A stretch of 64,000 bases of DNA from Octopus sinensis (GCF_006345805.1 NC_043006.1:53258001-53322000), one strand, 5' to 3'; counted from the stretch's first letter, positions 1 through 13,124 are shown. Notes: a model not told the origin generated them from the letters alone. Numbers and translations: made by a program.

Positions 1-689
1 ATCTTGCATACAGCATCCTTGAATAGTTGTTATCCATTCAAATAGTCTTAATGTTCACCAGATTGCAGAATATACTCTAATATACAGGTACTCTGATAAA
101 GGTTTTGCCTTTTCAAAACCATCAGATGCGAAGTGCCATGGTTTTGTGTCTTGATAACATTACACCGCTACGAATATCCCCATATTGCCGAGAAAAGGAA
201 ATTAAAATGTCTTATAATTTCAATGCAAAAAAAATAAAGTAAAAACCGAATATTATAGTTATGAAGGAGTTACCTCCCTTGTTAATCTCCCTTCCGAATC
301 AACCTTGATTTTATAAATTATTGTAGTTATATCCATTCTCATGTAATGCTTTGAACCTCGCTTGTTTCCCTTGTTAAAACGCAATTTTAAATAGTGTCAA
401 TGTAATACTGATAGAATGGCACTAGCTGACACACATGACGTGTTGGTGCCATCCTCTTCGAAATTAATCCTCCAGAGCTAACTATTGTCATTGATCACCA
501 GCTCTGTAAGCAATAGAAAAAAAAAATAATTTGTACCACAGTTATGATATTGATGTTAATTTTATTTTCCATTCAATTCTCTCTTATTGATCAAATTTGA
601 TTTCTAACATGACAAGCAAATATTGGTGGTGAGAGCAGTTGTTTAAATTGACCCCAGTACATGACTGGTAATAATAATGGCAGTCTCTC

Positions 690-935
690 GAGTCCTTGGT
701 GAACAACCTGCAGAGATGATTTGCTTATAGCGATGGAATATTAGTGCTATATATGAACTCACTTTCCATCAGATAACATTACCTATACAGGTGCACAGTC
801 TATCACACGTCACATGTCGAGGGGATCACAGAGCAACATGAGATGAAGTATTTTACTTACGAACACAACGCACCGCTCGGTCCGGGAATCTTGCAATCGT
901 GAGTGCAACAACCTAACTGCTAGGCCTCGCAGCCT
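690..935 (-). mobile_element. Degenerate tRNA-derived SINE
   Basis: Reverse complement of a SINE head/core (gaacacaacgcaccgctcggtccgggaatc...aacctaactgctaggcc) similar to the copies at 22215-22345 and 32088-32430. Confidence 0.55.
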
Positions 936-1438
936 TAAATATGTAATGAAAATCTAAGTTGATCTTGGCTGGAAACTGCCATCTTTTTTATTGCTTAGTC
1001 GTAAGGAAAAAGTGTTGAGGAACCTTCAAGACTAGTGGGAGGAGGGTATCTTCAAACTGGAGAGCTTTTAGAAGCTCAAATTCTTGCAACTGAGTGTACT
1101 AAAACCACTCAAATACTAGGTGGTGTAGTGCTGAGTAACATCTACTATCCATAAATTCAGAACGTGAAGGACTATAACTAAATACCACAAGATATTTCGT
1201 TCATCCGCCTATTCATTAAAAATCACACCTTCGTGAACGAAGCAGAATCATTAGCATGCCATAAGAAAATGCTTGATGGCATTTCTTCCAGCTTTGTGTT
1301 CTAAGTTCAAATGAAGACTTTATTATCCTTTTGGTATCAAGAACTAGGGTCGATGTAATTGGCTTGCCACCTACCCACCAAGATTACCAGCCTTATACCA
1401 AAATTTGAAAGAACTTTTACATCGATTATACATGAATA

Positions 1439-1733
1439 TGTGAAGGCACATGGCCTAGTGGTTAGAGCATCGGTCGAGGGATCACAGGTTCGAATCTCAG
1501 ACCGGGTGATGTGTGTTGTGTGTGTTTATGAGCGAAACACCTAAGCTCTGGCAGAAGGTAATGGCGAACCTCTGCTGACTCTTTCGCCACAACTTTCTCT
1601 TACTCTTTCCTCTTGCATCTTGCAGCTCACCTGCGACGGACCGGTGTCCTATCCAGGTGGGAAACCTATACGCCAAGGAAACTGGGAAACCGGCTCTAAT
1701 GAGCCAGGCATGGCTCTAGAAGGAACAAACAAA
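1439..1733 (+). mobile_element. tRNA-derived SINE, family A
   Basis: A-box tggcctagtggttagagc, B-box ggttcgaatctc, tail gagccaggcatggct..gaaggaacaaac. Same family at 8407 and 55457. Confidence 0.85.
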
Positions 1734-1754
1734 TCCGTAAATATAGCCACATCA

Positions 1755-2930
1755 TCTCTCTCTCTATATATATATATAATTATTTGACTGTCTGTTCCCT
1801 ATACATTCTCAAATGGCTTCCCCAAATCAGATCAAATTTTACAAGGTAATAGTATTACATCCTGTGAGTTTCAACATGTAATTTTTATTTTCATTTGGAT
1901 TAAAACAATGTATACAGAAATAACCTTTCTATACTCAATTAGAGTAAAGGACATTTTATACCATGACGATGATGTCACATTTTGTATATGAGTGTGTGTG
2001 TGTTTGTGCATTCGTTACATATGATATAGTAAAGGACATTTTATAACAGGACAGTACATTTTGTATGAGTGTGTGTTTGCGCATTCATTATGTAAATGTA
2101 ATGTGTGTGTCAGTATGTGAGTGTATGTGTGATTGTCAATTAGACTGATGTAACCTGGCTATGTGAAAGAGCTATACTGGCTCCAACTAATGAAATGGTT
2201 GATAAACTCAATCATGAACTTCTTCAAAAATTAACAGATACTTCAGAAATGACTTTTCCATCAATTCACACAACAGTCGATCAAGATCAGGCTGTTCAAT
2301 ACCCTGTTGAATTTCTGAACACATTTAAACCTACTGGGATGGCACCGCATAACTTGAGACAAAAGCTAGATGCTCCTATTATGTTGCTTAGAAATATTGA
2401 CCCACCTCGTATGTGTAATGGAACTCTATTGTTACTTCCATAAAGCCCCATGTCCTACAGGCAACAATCAAAATAGTTAGTCACAAAGAAGAAAATGTCT
2501 TTATTCCAAAATTTCCTTTCACACCTACAGGTGTTCCATTTAAATTTAAGAGGCTTCAGTTTCCAGTCAAACTAAGTTTTGGTATTCCCATTAACAAATC
2601 TCAGGATCAGTTCTTCAAGGTAGTTGGACTTCATCTCCCTACTACATACTTTTCCCACAGCCAGCTCTATGTTGGTTGCGCACGAGTTGGAAGCAGCAAC
2701 AATTTATTCATTCGGATACCAACAAAAATTGCACAATGAATATTGTTTACCCTGAGGTGCTTCATGATTGACAGATTTTCAGTTTTAAATTCTACTATTA
2801 CAATTTGGATATTTTAAAATAAAATATAGATATTTGAAATAATTATGAGAAAAAAATGTCTTCATATTTAACGTTTACTAATCTCAATAAAAACAACAGT
2901 AACCCTAGCAACGCCGGGTCATTCAGCTAG
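1755..2930 (+). mobile_element. Non-autonomous Helitron with PIF1 helicase remnant
   Basis: 5' A|TC start followed by (TA)n and gtctgtt; 3' GC-rich hairpin remnant (aaccctagcaacgccgggtca) then CTAG|T at 2927-2931; internal helicase relic. Confidence 0.8.
2195..2760 (+). pseudogene. Helitron PIF1-family helicase C-terminal fragment
   Basis: ORF 2195-2443 reads PHNLRQKLDAPIMLLRNIDPPRMCNGT. The downstream frame reads FKFKRLQFPVKLSFGIPINKSQDQ and FSHSQLYVGCARV, which are PIF1 helicase motifs, broken by frameshifts. Confidence 0.88.
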
Positions 2931-3299
2931 TCATGTAATATAGAAATAACATATTTTAAGATTTGATACTCGGTTTCTCGTCTACAGCCAGCCTCACAAT
3001 AATTTAGCATATTTTGAAACCTGGAACAAATTTGTGAACATCAGCCTTTTAATTCGTAACGTTGTTTGTGTACAAGGGGCATAACTCTGAATTTGCTTGA
3101 TTAACTTAACAGGTTACACTACCAATTCATACTTGTTTAACCCAAGGACAGTCCTGATCGCGTAGACCTATGATCAAAGATATTCTAGTCATGCCCACCG
3201 TGTCTTTTTTTTTTTTTTTCAAACATCGTATATCTAGGACTACTTTATTATATAGTTTGAGATGTATACCTTTCTAATGAAGATACAATTCAGTTTTCT

Positions 3300-3668
3300 T
3301 GCTTACAAGCGTTTTTTCTTTACTTGTTTCAGTTATTAAAATGTGGCCATCCTGGGGCATGGCCTTGAAGAGTTTTTAGTGGAGCAAATTGACCCCAGTC
3401 CTTTTTTTTTTTTTTTTTTAATAAAGGACTGGTACTTATTCTATTGGTATCTTTTGCCGACCAGACCGCTATGTAACAGGGGGCGCAAACACACCATCAG
3501 TTGACAAACAGACACAAGGGACATACACACATACGATTTCAGCTTCCGACCACAAAAACCACTCACAAGGATTTGGTCGGCCCGAAGATACCTGCCCAAG
3601 GTGCCACGCAGTGGGACTGAATTCGGAACTATGTGGTTGGGAAGCAGGCTTCTTACCACAAACCCACG
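3300..3668 (-). mobile_element. SINE family D (internal microsatellite), degenerate
   Basis: Reverse complement of the gtggtaagaagc..ggttccg..cttgggca head and the ggtcaatttgctc..ggccac tail seen at 12065 and 37455. Confidence 0.75.
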
Positions 3669-3974
3669 CCTTTTATTTATTTATTTGATAATTTAAAATT
3701 TAAGGTATACTTTTTTAATGAACACTCGTGCATTATGAAAGGACTAATAAACCACGTTGTTAATGTATGTATGCACTGTTGTGTAAATTAGATTGATCAG
3801 TTTAGCTGAATCCTAATTTATATACACTATAAATAATTATTGTCTATTAATCTCAGTGGTAACTACAACAAAGGACTACCTGCATGCAGTAAATCAGGGC
3901 TGACCTGGGGCTATACAATTTCAACAAATTTACTCTTGCTAAGTCAGAGGAAACCATTACTTTTCGCATAAGTT

Positions 3975-4245
3975 TTGTGATTGAATTAGGGAGCCGAAAA
4001 CTGTGGACGATCGTCGTATGTATGTATGTGTGTGTGTCTTTATATGTTTGTCTGTCCCACAGCTTGACAACAGGTGTTGGTTTGTCTACGTCCCCGTAAA
4101 CTAGTGGTTCGGCAAAATGACCGATATAATAAGTACCATACCAGACATAAAAAGTAGGTACAGGGATTCAACTTGTTCAACTAAACCCGTCAAGACGGTG
4201 CCCAAGCTTGGCCGCAGTCTAATGACTGAAACAAGTAAAAAGATA
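3975..4245 (+). mobile_element. SINE family D, 3' half
   Basis: gcttgacaa..ggttcggcaaaa..ataagtac..ggccgcagtctaatgactgaaacaagtaaaag. Confidence 0.75.
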
Positions 4246-5042
4246 AAGAAAACTATAGTATAGCTATAAGTTCTCTACAAACTCCCAATACCACTAAATC
4301 TTAAAATATAATTCCAGGCATCGTAGAACAAATAGCTAGAAGTCCTTGACAAACGTAGTTCACATTGTCTCAAACCTAGAATTCGTTTCACTTACATTGT
4401 TAATACCACAGAAAGTGGCATGACTGTTACTGTCTCACAATTTTTCTTCCTCAAAAGAATTGTGCTTCAGTATGAAATATAATGAGCTCCTAGCACAGAG
4501 ATACTGTACATGATCCACATGTACAGTGTCTTTGTAGATAGTGTTCGTTTCACTGTGTTTCTCCTTGTCTCTTATTTGTTTCTCTGACATTTGAAAATTC
4601 CAGCGATGTTTGCAAAAGTATATATGTAAATAAGATGTCACTTGTTATTTAGCCATCATTCAGAAGACTTGTTCTCAAAGGTGTTCCAACGTGACAATCC
4701 GTTTTCATCAGACATAGTGTATTCAGGGTTACGTTATCTAACGTGTGCTTCCTTTTTCTTCAGTACGGTCGGTTGTTATTTGTGGGGTAACTCGCTTGGT
4801 ATTCTTAGCAAGTCCCACACCCATACAGATGATTCCGCGTTGATTCACTACAACATGATAGGAAGACATAATGGGCGTTGACCTCTTAGAGACAAGAGCG
4901 AAATAAGCTGAGTATGATCCATGGGATGTAGATCATTTACTTGTATGAGTGGCAGAGCATAAATGAGATTATAAAGTGCCACAAGAAGAACTGACCAAAC
5001 TTCTGCTGAGATTGGAAAGTTTTCTCTGGAATATCCAGGTAT

Positions 5043-5260
5043 GTTAGTTAGTTAGTTAATTTTTTGGCTCAAAAAGCAAAAAGCAAGGCCATGTAGGGGG
5101 ACATGGAGTTATGTACAGGGTGGTGTTCATGTAAAGAGTTCAGGCCACTTGTGGTCAAGGGAAGCTTTGAACCGAGCGGTCGTCGGCATCTTCATCATCT
5201 CGTCCGGCAGCTTATTCCACGGATCCGCAACCCGGACGGAAAAAGCCCCTGCATGCCGTA
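5043..5260 (-). mobile_element. CR1-clade LINE 3' end
   Basis: Minus strand translates AFSVRVADPWNKLPDEMMKMPTTARFKASLDHKWPELFT*, typical of a CR1 ORF2 C-terminus, followed by a short 3' UTR and an (AACT)n tail. Confidence 0.75.
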
Positions 5261-7103
5261 AAATCCAGCAATGGCTCATATTTAATACAGATGAGCAATG
5301 TTTGAGTTTTGGTAGTTACTCTGCATCATAGTCTCAAGAAAACAAAGTTAGACCATCATCCAAAGTGTTATCATCAATTTTAAGATCATGTCGAAACTAC
5401 GTCATGTAATCTTCTGCGCCCTTTTTCAAGTCCACGATCTTCATTGAAGCCAAACTTCTTGTACAAAATCTAGATTAATCTGAACATAGCACATTGCTCC
5501 TATAACTATATCGGCTCACTCACTCCGTGTCGATTAGAGGTGTCGACCATGGTATTCACCAGGGGACCTGTCTCAATGTAAAAAAATGATAATAGATACC
5601 AAATTACAAAAGCGAGTTTATAAGAGCCGTGTGTGCGTGCGCGCGCATCTAACAGTGCGTTGTCTAATACAAACATGAAGGAAAACACCATTCTACATTA
5701 AGTGAGTTTTGTAACACTGAATGATGCTTTAATATTTTAGATATATTACTAGGAGAGACCTGGTTTGATTATCCACGCCCGTGACCACAATATGAGTTCA
5801 GCTTCCTGAATATGATAAAAATAAACTAAATATAAATATCGAATATTAAAAAATCCGACACGCCAGGTGGCTGCTCTTTGCTCTGTTCCTTTCTATTGAG
5901 AAATAATATGTTATGGGATGGTTCACTGTCTTTGAGGAACTATAGAAATAATTGCTACGTTCAAACACTCGTGACATACAAGTATTAATACAAATGCTGA
6001 ATGTGTGGGTGTCTTTTGTTCTTTATTGAATATAAATGAGACTATTTCGAACACAATTAGCATTTGTCTGTTCTGCAGACGATCTGATATATATATAAAA
6101 AAAATAATAATAATCACATACAAACAAAATAGAGAACAAAATTAAAAAAGAAATTATACACTAAGTACAAAAATAGGAACATTGTTCTACTTCTGCAATG
6201 AGTGAACTTAAATAGTGTTTGATAAATAAAAATGCCAGAGACTGTAGATAACAACTGGTTCGCTGCTTTGGCAGATTCCGACTCAGAAGAAGAATTAATT
6301 AAAAAATTTTGTATCTAAATGTCAATTTAACTTCGCTGAGGGTCACAGCTGGTAGTAAGCAGCTGAAACAGCGTTCAGCTTCCCACTTAAGTTACATATT
6401 TATTTAATTACCAATTTACGAAGACAACATCATCTATAGAACGTTACTTAAAACCTATTTAAAACTCGTATCATGTAATAGGCAGTTAACCAACCTGTTT
6501 AGAGAATGGGAAGATGTAAAACCGAAAATAGCTTATCTGCGTTACTCACACAATTTTTTCCTTTCTCCTTTCTCCAGTTTGTTAAATGTCAGTTTGACTA
6601 CGACGGGGTTTCAACTTGCTGAAATGCCTGTGCAGTCAGGTCTATTAATGATGATGTCACAGTAGCCAGTTCTAACCGTGATGAGGCCATAGTGGTTGTT
6701 CAGTCTGTGGAGATGTCGTATTTACAAATGCTAAAATAAAGAGTCAGATATCAAAGTCCATTACTTGATATTTTATCATTGTCAATGTGATAACAATCAT
6801 CCCGGAAACATCAAGATGAGTAACTTCTGAGTTTAAGACTGAACGCTTGAAGCAAAAAAAAAAAAAGTAAGAAAAGAAAAGAAAGGAAAAAATGGACTAA
6901 TATTTCGATGTTAAATGCCAATGTAAAGTTAGAATTTTACTAGGATTACTCTTATGTGCATAATTGGTGGCCATGGATGATACAGCTGAAATATAAAAGT
7001 TGCTGACAAAATTATGTCGTTTGGGATTACTCTGAAAGTCCTCACATATCATCATCCACTTCAATAAATTGTGATGCTGCTTGATTCTGGATGGCATATA
7101 TAT

Positions 7104-7388
7104 ATGGGCAGCGGACTTGCGGTCGTAGGATCGCGGTTTCGATTCCCAGACCGGGCGTTGTAAGTGTTTATTGAGCGAAAACACCTAAAGCTCCACGAGG
7201 CTCCGGCAGGGGGTGGTGGTGATCCCTGCTGTACTCTTTCACCACAGCTTTCTCTCACTCTTTCTTCTGTTGGCCAGCTCACTTAGCCAGTGGGGTGGCG
7301 TCATTTGAAGGCTAAAACAATGCGAAGCGCATTGTGACCAGCGATGTGTAGCAACATCTGATAGCCTGGTCGGTCACGTGATCACGTA
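7104..7388 (+). mobile_element. tRNA-derived SINE, family B (5'-truncated)
   Basis: Matches 25601-25910 and the reverse complement of 14965-15278; tail gcaacatctgatagcctggtcggtcacg. Confidence 0.85.
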
Positions 7389-7423
<35 letters not shown>

Positions 7424-7460
7424 GTATTTATGCATGCACGCATGTAATACAAACAAAAGC

Positions 7461-7544
7461 TAAAGCACTTTTGATGCAATGAAAGTTGAAATTTCATCTT
7501 TAAAGCACTTTTGATGCAATGAAAGTTGAAATTTCATCTTTAAA
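7461..7544. repeat. Exact 40-bp tandem duplication
   Basis: taaagcacttttgatgcaatgaaagttgaaatttcatctt occurs twice, followed by taaa. Confidence 0.95.
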
Positions 7545-8406
7545 ATACGTCTCTATATTTGAGTATACGTTATTGATCTTTCCACTGAAAAGTGTTATGA
7601 TCCCATCTGGTCAATGGTGTGGAATCTGTTTTATGTAACACACTCAATCATTCATTCTCGGAGATTTAATCAGCATATATCATAAGAGGTGAACGTGTAA
7701 AATACGTGTAGTGTGAGATCAAAGATATTGGGACAGACTGTACATTGAACCAAATAAAGTCCAAATTATTCATTCACCACAGAATTTTATGTACATTATC
7801 TACCCACCTCTGAGAGACAACCTAACTGATTATCCAGTGATGTCAGAGTAGTAAAGAATAATAAGCAAGAAATGGTTGATTAGATAGTTCTACATATATT
7901 AAGGAATGCTACACTTGGACATATCGTCAGTGTTGTATCGTGAAGTCACTGTTTTGGGTTTTACATCATTTTCCTTCTTTCAGGCGAACCAACATAGGTT
8001 GATCAAGCCTAGACTTGTGTCCAAGAGGCATTCTACTGACCTTTTCCCAGCCAGACCTATCCTGGTGCTTTCTCAACAGCTTCTTTGTTATTCGTAATGA
8101 ATATTCTTCAGCTCACTCTTGTAATGTCCAGGTCTCCACGAATCTTACTCGGATGACGAACTACGAGCCCTCAACTATCGACCTCCACTAGTAAACTCTT
8201 ACCTCTTCCTTGCTGTCTAGCATTTTCTATGAAATAATTTAACAGTATATTGCTAACTTCAGTACAACAACGGTCAAGTAATCAATACATTTTTACTTGT
8301 TTCAATCATTGGACTGGGATCATGCTGGCGGTACTAATGTCATGGAGTTTTAGTTGGTCATATTGAGTTCAGTACTTATTTCGGTGTGGTACTTTGTGGG
8401 TGTGTG

Positions 8407-8675
8407 TGTGGAGGCACATGGCATAGTGGTTAGAGCAGCGGACTCGCGGTCGAGGGATCGCTGGTTCGAATCTCAGACCGGGCGATGTGTGTGTTTATGA
8501 GCGAAGCACCTAAGCTCCACGCGGCTCTGGCAGAAGGAAATGGCGAAATTCTGCTGACTCTTTCGCCACAACTTTCTCTCTCTCTTTCCTCCTGCATCTT
8601 CCCGTCCATGTGGGGAACCTATACGCCAAGGAAACCGACCCTATGAGCCAGGCATGGCTCGAGAAGGAACAAGCA
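8407..8675 (+). mobile_element. tRNA-derived SINE, family A
   Basis: Same head and tail as 1439-1733, with internal deletions. Confidence 0.85.
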
Positions 8676-8989
8676 ACGTTTTTTCTTTTTTTTTCTGGTG
8701 GGGTAACGAAAACCTAGGTTAAGGGATACAAAAGAATAGAACATAAATAACAACACAGGTGTAAGAGCACACATACATACATATGCAACAGGTTCCTGTC
8801 AGTCAAACTTCGCATAAATCATGGTCAATTCCATGCTATAGCAGTATGTTTTCCAAAAAACCATGCGGTAAGGTCGGACCCGTAATCACGTGCTTGTGAA
8901 CCGAGCATCATAACAACAGCCCTGTTAGCAACCATACGTTCTTGTTTAATTAATACCATTGTTTAGAAATATAATAATTATATCAAGTT

Positions 8990-9413
8990 GCGGAAAAACA
9001 AGGCCTGAACTTTTCTGGAGTAAGAGGTTAGTCGATTACACCAACCCCAGTGCACAACTGGTACTTATTTTATCGACCTTGAAAAGATGACAGACAAAGT
9101 CAACCTCGGCTGAATTTGAACTCAGAACATGAAGACGGACGAAATGCCGCTAAGCATTTTGCCCGGTGCGCTAACGATTCTTATTTCTTTTTTGCCCACG
9201 AAGGGCTAAACACAGAGAGGACAAACAAGGAGAGACTAAGGTATTAAGTCGATTACATCGACCCCAGTGCATAACTGGTACTTAATCTATCGACCCTGAA
9301 AGGATGAAAGGCAAAGTCGACCTCGGTGGAATTTGAATTCAGAACGTAACGGCAGACGAAATACTGCTAAGCCATTTCGCCCGGCGTGCTAACGTTTCTG
9401 CCAGCTCGCCGTC
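8990..9413 (-). mobile_element. Two adjacent family C SINEs; the right-hand copy has the Tx1-like tail
   Basis: Core ggtcgactttgcctttcatcctt..ggtcgata..taagtaccag appears twice in reverse complement; tail cccacgaagggctaaacacagagaggacaaacaag at ~9195-9230. Confidence 0.85.
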
Positions 9414-10024
9414 TGGTACAAAAAAGAGAAACTGGATTCAGTATGTAAATGTAGTGCATATCTGTGTGCGTCTACACACACACATACACACACACACACA
9501 CACACAATTTAGCAGTAAAGCTAAATAAATGCCAAGAGTTCAAGCGTTGCACTCATCAGTTTGAATATGCAATACACGAAACTCTTGACCCACTTTCGTA
9601 GCTTTACAATTAAAAAATAAAAACTGCAACAGTAATATATCAGATAACAATAACAACGTTCTCTAACTTCGGCTTATCTCAAAGCGGAAACACGGCGTAG
9701 AAGAATGTCTATAAATACCACAATGAAATTAACCTGGTACCCTACCGATTTTAACACCCTATCACCGATGTATTGGATGGCAATAATAATATGTAATACT
9801 AAATATGCAATATAATTATACATACTGTATTTGTAAGATCGTTCATTTATAGAAGGGATGGAAGGGTTACACAACTGACTCGGCTATGGTGTATTATGTT
9901 ACTGGTACTTAATCTATCGATCTCGTGGGAGGACAAGATGAAAGACAGAATCGGCTTTAGCGGGATTTGAACTCAGATCACTGAGAGAAAAGTATCACGA
10001 AGCACTTTTCTGTTCGTACCAATC

Positions 10025-10375
10025 CACTAGCATCATATTCTTTTCTACTCTAGGCACAAGGCCCGAAATTTTTTTTGGGCGGGGGGCAGTCGATTAGATC
10101 GACCCCAGTATACAACTGGTACTTAATTTATCGCCCCCGAAGGGATGAAAGGTAAAGTCGATATCGGCGGAATTTGAACTCAGAACGTAAAGACAGACGA
10201 AATACTTATTTCTTTACTACCCACAAGGGGCTAAACACAGAGAAGACAAACAATGGCAGACAAACGGATTAAATCGATTATATCGACCCCAGTGCGAAAC
10301 TGGTCCTTAATTTATCGACCCCGAAAGGATGCAAGGCAAAGTCGACCTCGGCGGAATTTGAACTCAGAACGCAGC
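10025..10375 (-). mobile_element. Family C SINE dimer
   Basis: Two cores head-to-tail. The junction gacgaaatac|ttatttctttactacccacaagggg is at ~10205. Confidence 0.85.
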
Positions 10376-10723
10376 TTGTGATATTAATGGGCACAGCCCC
10401 TTCTTCCTGATTAATCTTGTTATTAATAATTAAATAAGGCGACGAATTTGCAGAATCGTGAGCACTGGGGATACTCAACTGGTGTAATCGACTATCCTCC
10501 TCCCCTAAGTTTCTGACCTTGCGCCTATAGTAGAAAGTATTGTTAATAATAAAATAAAAATTAAAATAAGAATACATTTGCGACCACAGCGAGGAAAGGT
10601 ACAAACGAACCAACGAGGGAAGCCTGCTTTATGTTACATGGTCTGGTAAAAATAGCAGTCAAAATCCCTCAAATCATTCACTACTGTCTTAAAAACATAA
10701 AAAGAAAGAACACAGATAAAGTA

Positions 10724-11075
10724 CAGTTCTATATTTAAGAGATGAGGAATTATGTACATTATTTGCATTATTTACATTCGACGGATATTTTCCTCATCTT
10801 GTCTGTTGTTAACATATGCCCACGGGCATATGGCGTAGGGATTAAGAGCGCGGGCTACTAACCCCAAGATTCTGAGTTCGATTCCAAGCAGTGATCTGAA
10901 CAACAATAATAATAATAACAACAACATCGAAGAATACCTTAGGAATGAGAACCCAGGTTCGAAATTTCCCCAAGACACCTGAAGAAGGCTGAAGGGCATA
11001 TCAGCCGAAACGTTGTGTTAACAACAGACAAGATGAGGAAAAATATCTGTCGAAAGTAAATTATGTAAATAATGT
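10724..11075 (+). mobile_element. tRNA-headed SINE carrying a hammerhead ribozyme, with an inverted copy of its own tail at the 5' end
   Basis: Inverted tail 10724-10814; A/B boxes 10830-10885; (AAT)n; hammerhead 10974-11019; tail to 11075. Flanked by the 12-bp direct repeat acagataaagta (10712-10723 and 11076-11087). Confidence 0.8.
10974..11019 (+). ncRNA. Minimal type I hammerhead ribozyme
   Basis: GACAC CUGAAGA A GGCUG-loop-CAGCC GAA ACGU U GUGUU: stem I GACAC/GUGUU, stem II GGCUG/CAGCC, palindromic stem III ACGU. Confidence 0.8.
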
Positions 11076-11807
11076 ACAGATAAAGTAGTTTTTGATATTA
11101 TTAAAAAGCAGAGCTGGTCATAGCGAGTAAATCTCAGATCATATATCTTCTCTCGCAAAGCTGACATGGGGCTAAACAACAGCTGGAGAAGAATCTGAGT
11201 TGATGGATAGAGGCTAGAGTCTGAGATAAAGATGTTCACAAACGGCAGCATTGTAATTCATCTATAATCATTACAGTTACAGCCTAGAGTCGACTCTGAA
11301 CGAATAGACTTATTGATCAAAGCCCTTCATTGCTGTGAATATCATGCCTTGATTTAAGGGATTTTGACTCTTATTTTAAGCAGGTCGACTAGTGAAATGG
11401 GAAAAAAGCAAATGTGTGCCGATGGTATTTTCTACTATTTCTTTTAGCCGCTGCAGTCCTTTGCAGTTCCCTCACAGAGTAGGTATGATGTTATAGTATT
11501 TATGATATCCACTCTGCAATATAATATGACAGGATGTTCTCAGTTGTACGTGATATACAATTAGAAGTGAGTGAGCAGCTGAAACGGTGTTCATTTTCCA
11601 GCTTATATATTTAATTACCAATTGACAAATATAACAACTTATTCTTTTGGTTCATAAACAACATCATCCATAGAACGTTAGGTAAAGCCTATTTACAATT
11701 GATATCTTGTAGCTGGCAGTGAACCAACACGTTTTAGAGAATGAGAAGATGGAGAACCGAAAATAGCTTCACTGCTGCGTTTCTCGTTTTTATTTATTTT
11801 TCATTTA

Positions 11808-11865
<58 letters not shown>

Positions 11866-12064
11866 CCAGTTTGTTTACGGACGTTGACATCTAATAGGTA
11901 TTTACATTCTCTGAAAACACATCACCCATTAATAAATCATATATCTGTGTGTGTGTGTGTGTGTATGTTTATACACACACACACACACACCACACACACA
12001 CACACACACCACACACACACACATATATATATATATACGTACACACTCGCATACGTACATACGT

Positions 12065-12214
12065 ATGAGTGGCTGTGTGGTAAGTAGCTTGTTTACCAAC
12101 CACATGGTTCCGGGTTCAGTGGCACCTTGGGCAAGTCTCTTCTAATATAGCCTCAGGTCGACCAAAGCCTTGTGAGTGGATTTGGTAGACAGAAACTGAA
12201 AGAAGTCCGACGTA

Positions 12215-12279
<65 letters not shown>

Positions 12280-12490
12280 ATGTTTGTGTGTCTGTGTTTG
12301 TCCCCCCAACATCACTTGATAACCGATGCTGGTGTGTTTACGTCCCCGTAACTTAGCGGTTCGGCAAAAGAGACCGATAGAATAAGTACTAGGCTTACAA
12401 AGCATAAGTCCTGGGGTCGATTTGCTCGACTAAAGGTGGTGCTCCAGCATGGCCACAGTCAAATGACTGAAACAAGTAAAAAAGTAAAAG
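12065..12490 (+). mobile_element. SINE family D, full length, with internal (AT)n(GT)n
   Basis: Head gagtggctgtgtggtaagtagcttg..ggttccgggttcagt; tail aatgactgaaacaagtaaaa. Confidence 0.88.
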
Positions 12491-13073
12491 AGAGTACACA
12501 CACACACACACACCACACACACCACACACACACACACACACAACACACACACACACACACATAAATACACGCATACATATAATCATAAAGCAATATATCT
12601 TTGGTGAAGGCTTATTACTGGTCAGAATGGTACTGTTGGTTTCGCATCAATATTGCAATCTAGACATTATTGACGTCCCTTTAGATATGCTGACTTGAAG
12701 TGCATAGCTTCTTTTAGAATTCAGGGAAGGCGTAATGTTATGACTTTAGCCTGAGTGATTCAAAGCGGAAGCAATGCTATAAAACATCAAAATTGGGGAT
12801 GTTGGAACGTCCTGAACCGTATCCGCCTGGCGGAGTGGAGAATCATTCTGAAAAAATTCACTCAATCCAGACCGTTCCTGAACTCGAAAGGCGAAATTTT
12901 GGGTTACTGCCCTTATGAGTGCAAATTCATCCTGATGACCACGAAACTAATCCTGACGACCATGAAACTCTTATAGTATGTCGCAGTTAGGACTGTTATG
13001 CATGTGCAGAAAATACATAAAGCCAATGCACACTCAAACACACATATATACCTATCTACTTATCTATATACCC

Positions 13074-13122
<49 letters not shown>

Positions 13123-13124
13123 GC

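Noticed and set aside
1439-1520. tRNA-like sequences at SINE heads throughout the window
   Set aside because: They have A/B boxes but no complete cloverleaf or acceptor stem and continue into SINE bodies, so they are not called as tRNA genes.
4400-5030. Apparently unique sequence examined for a host exon
   Set aside because: All frames on both strands that I checked are short or interrupted and gave no recognisable domain.
9553-9559. CTGATGA on the minus strand (also at 15430-15436)
   Set aside because: No complete stem II/GAAA/stem III/stem I arrangement can be drawn.
12752-12976. Exon-like block with AG and GTATGT borders inside the tandem duplication
   Set aside because: Each plus-strand frame contains a stop within the block and there is no recognisable motif.
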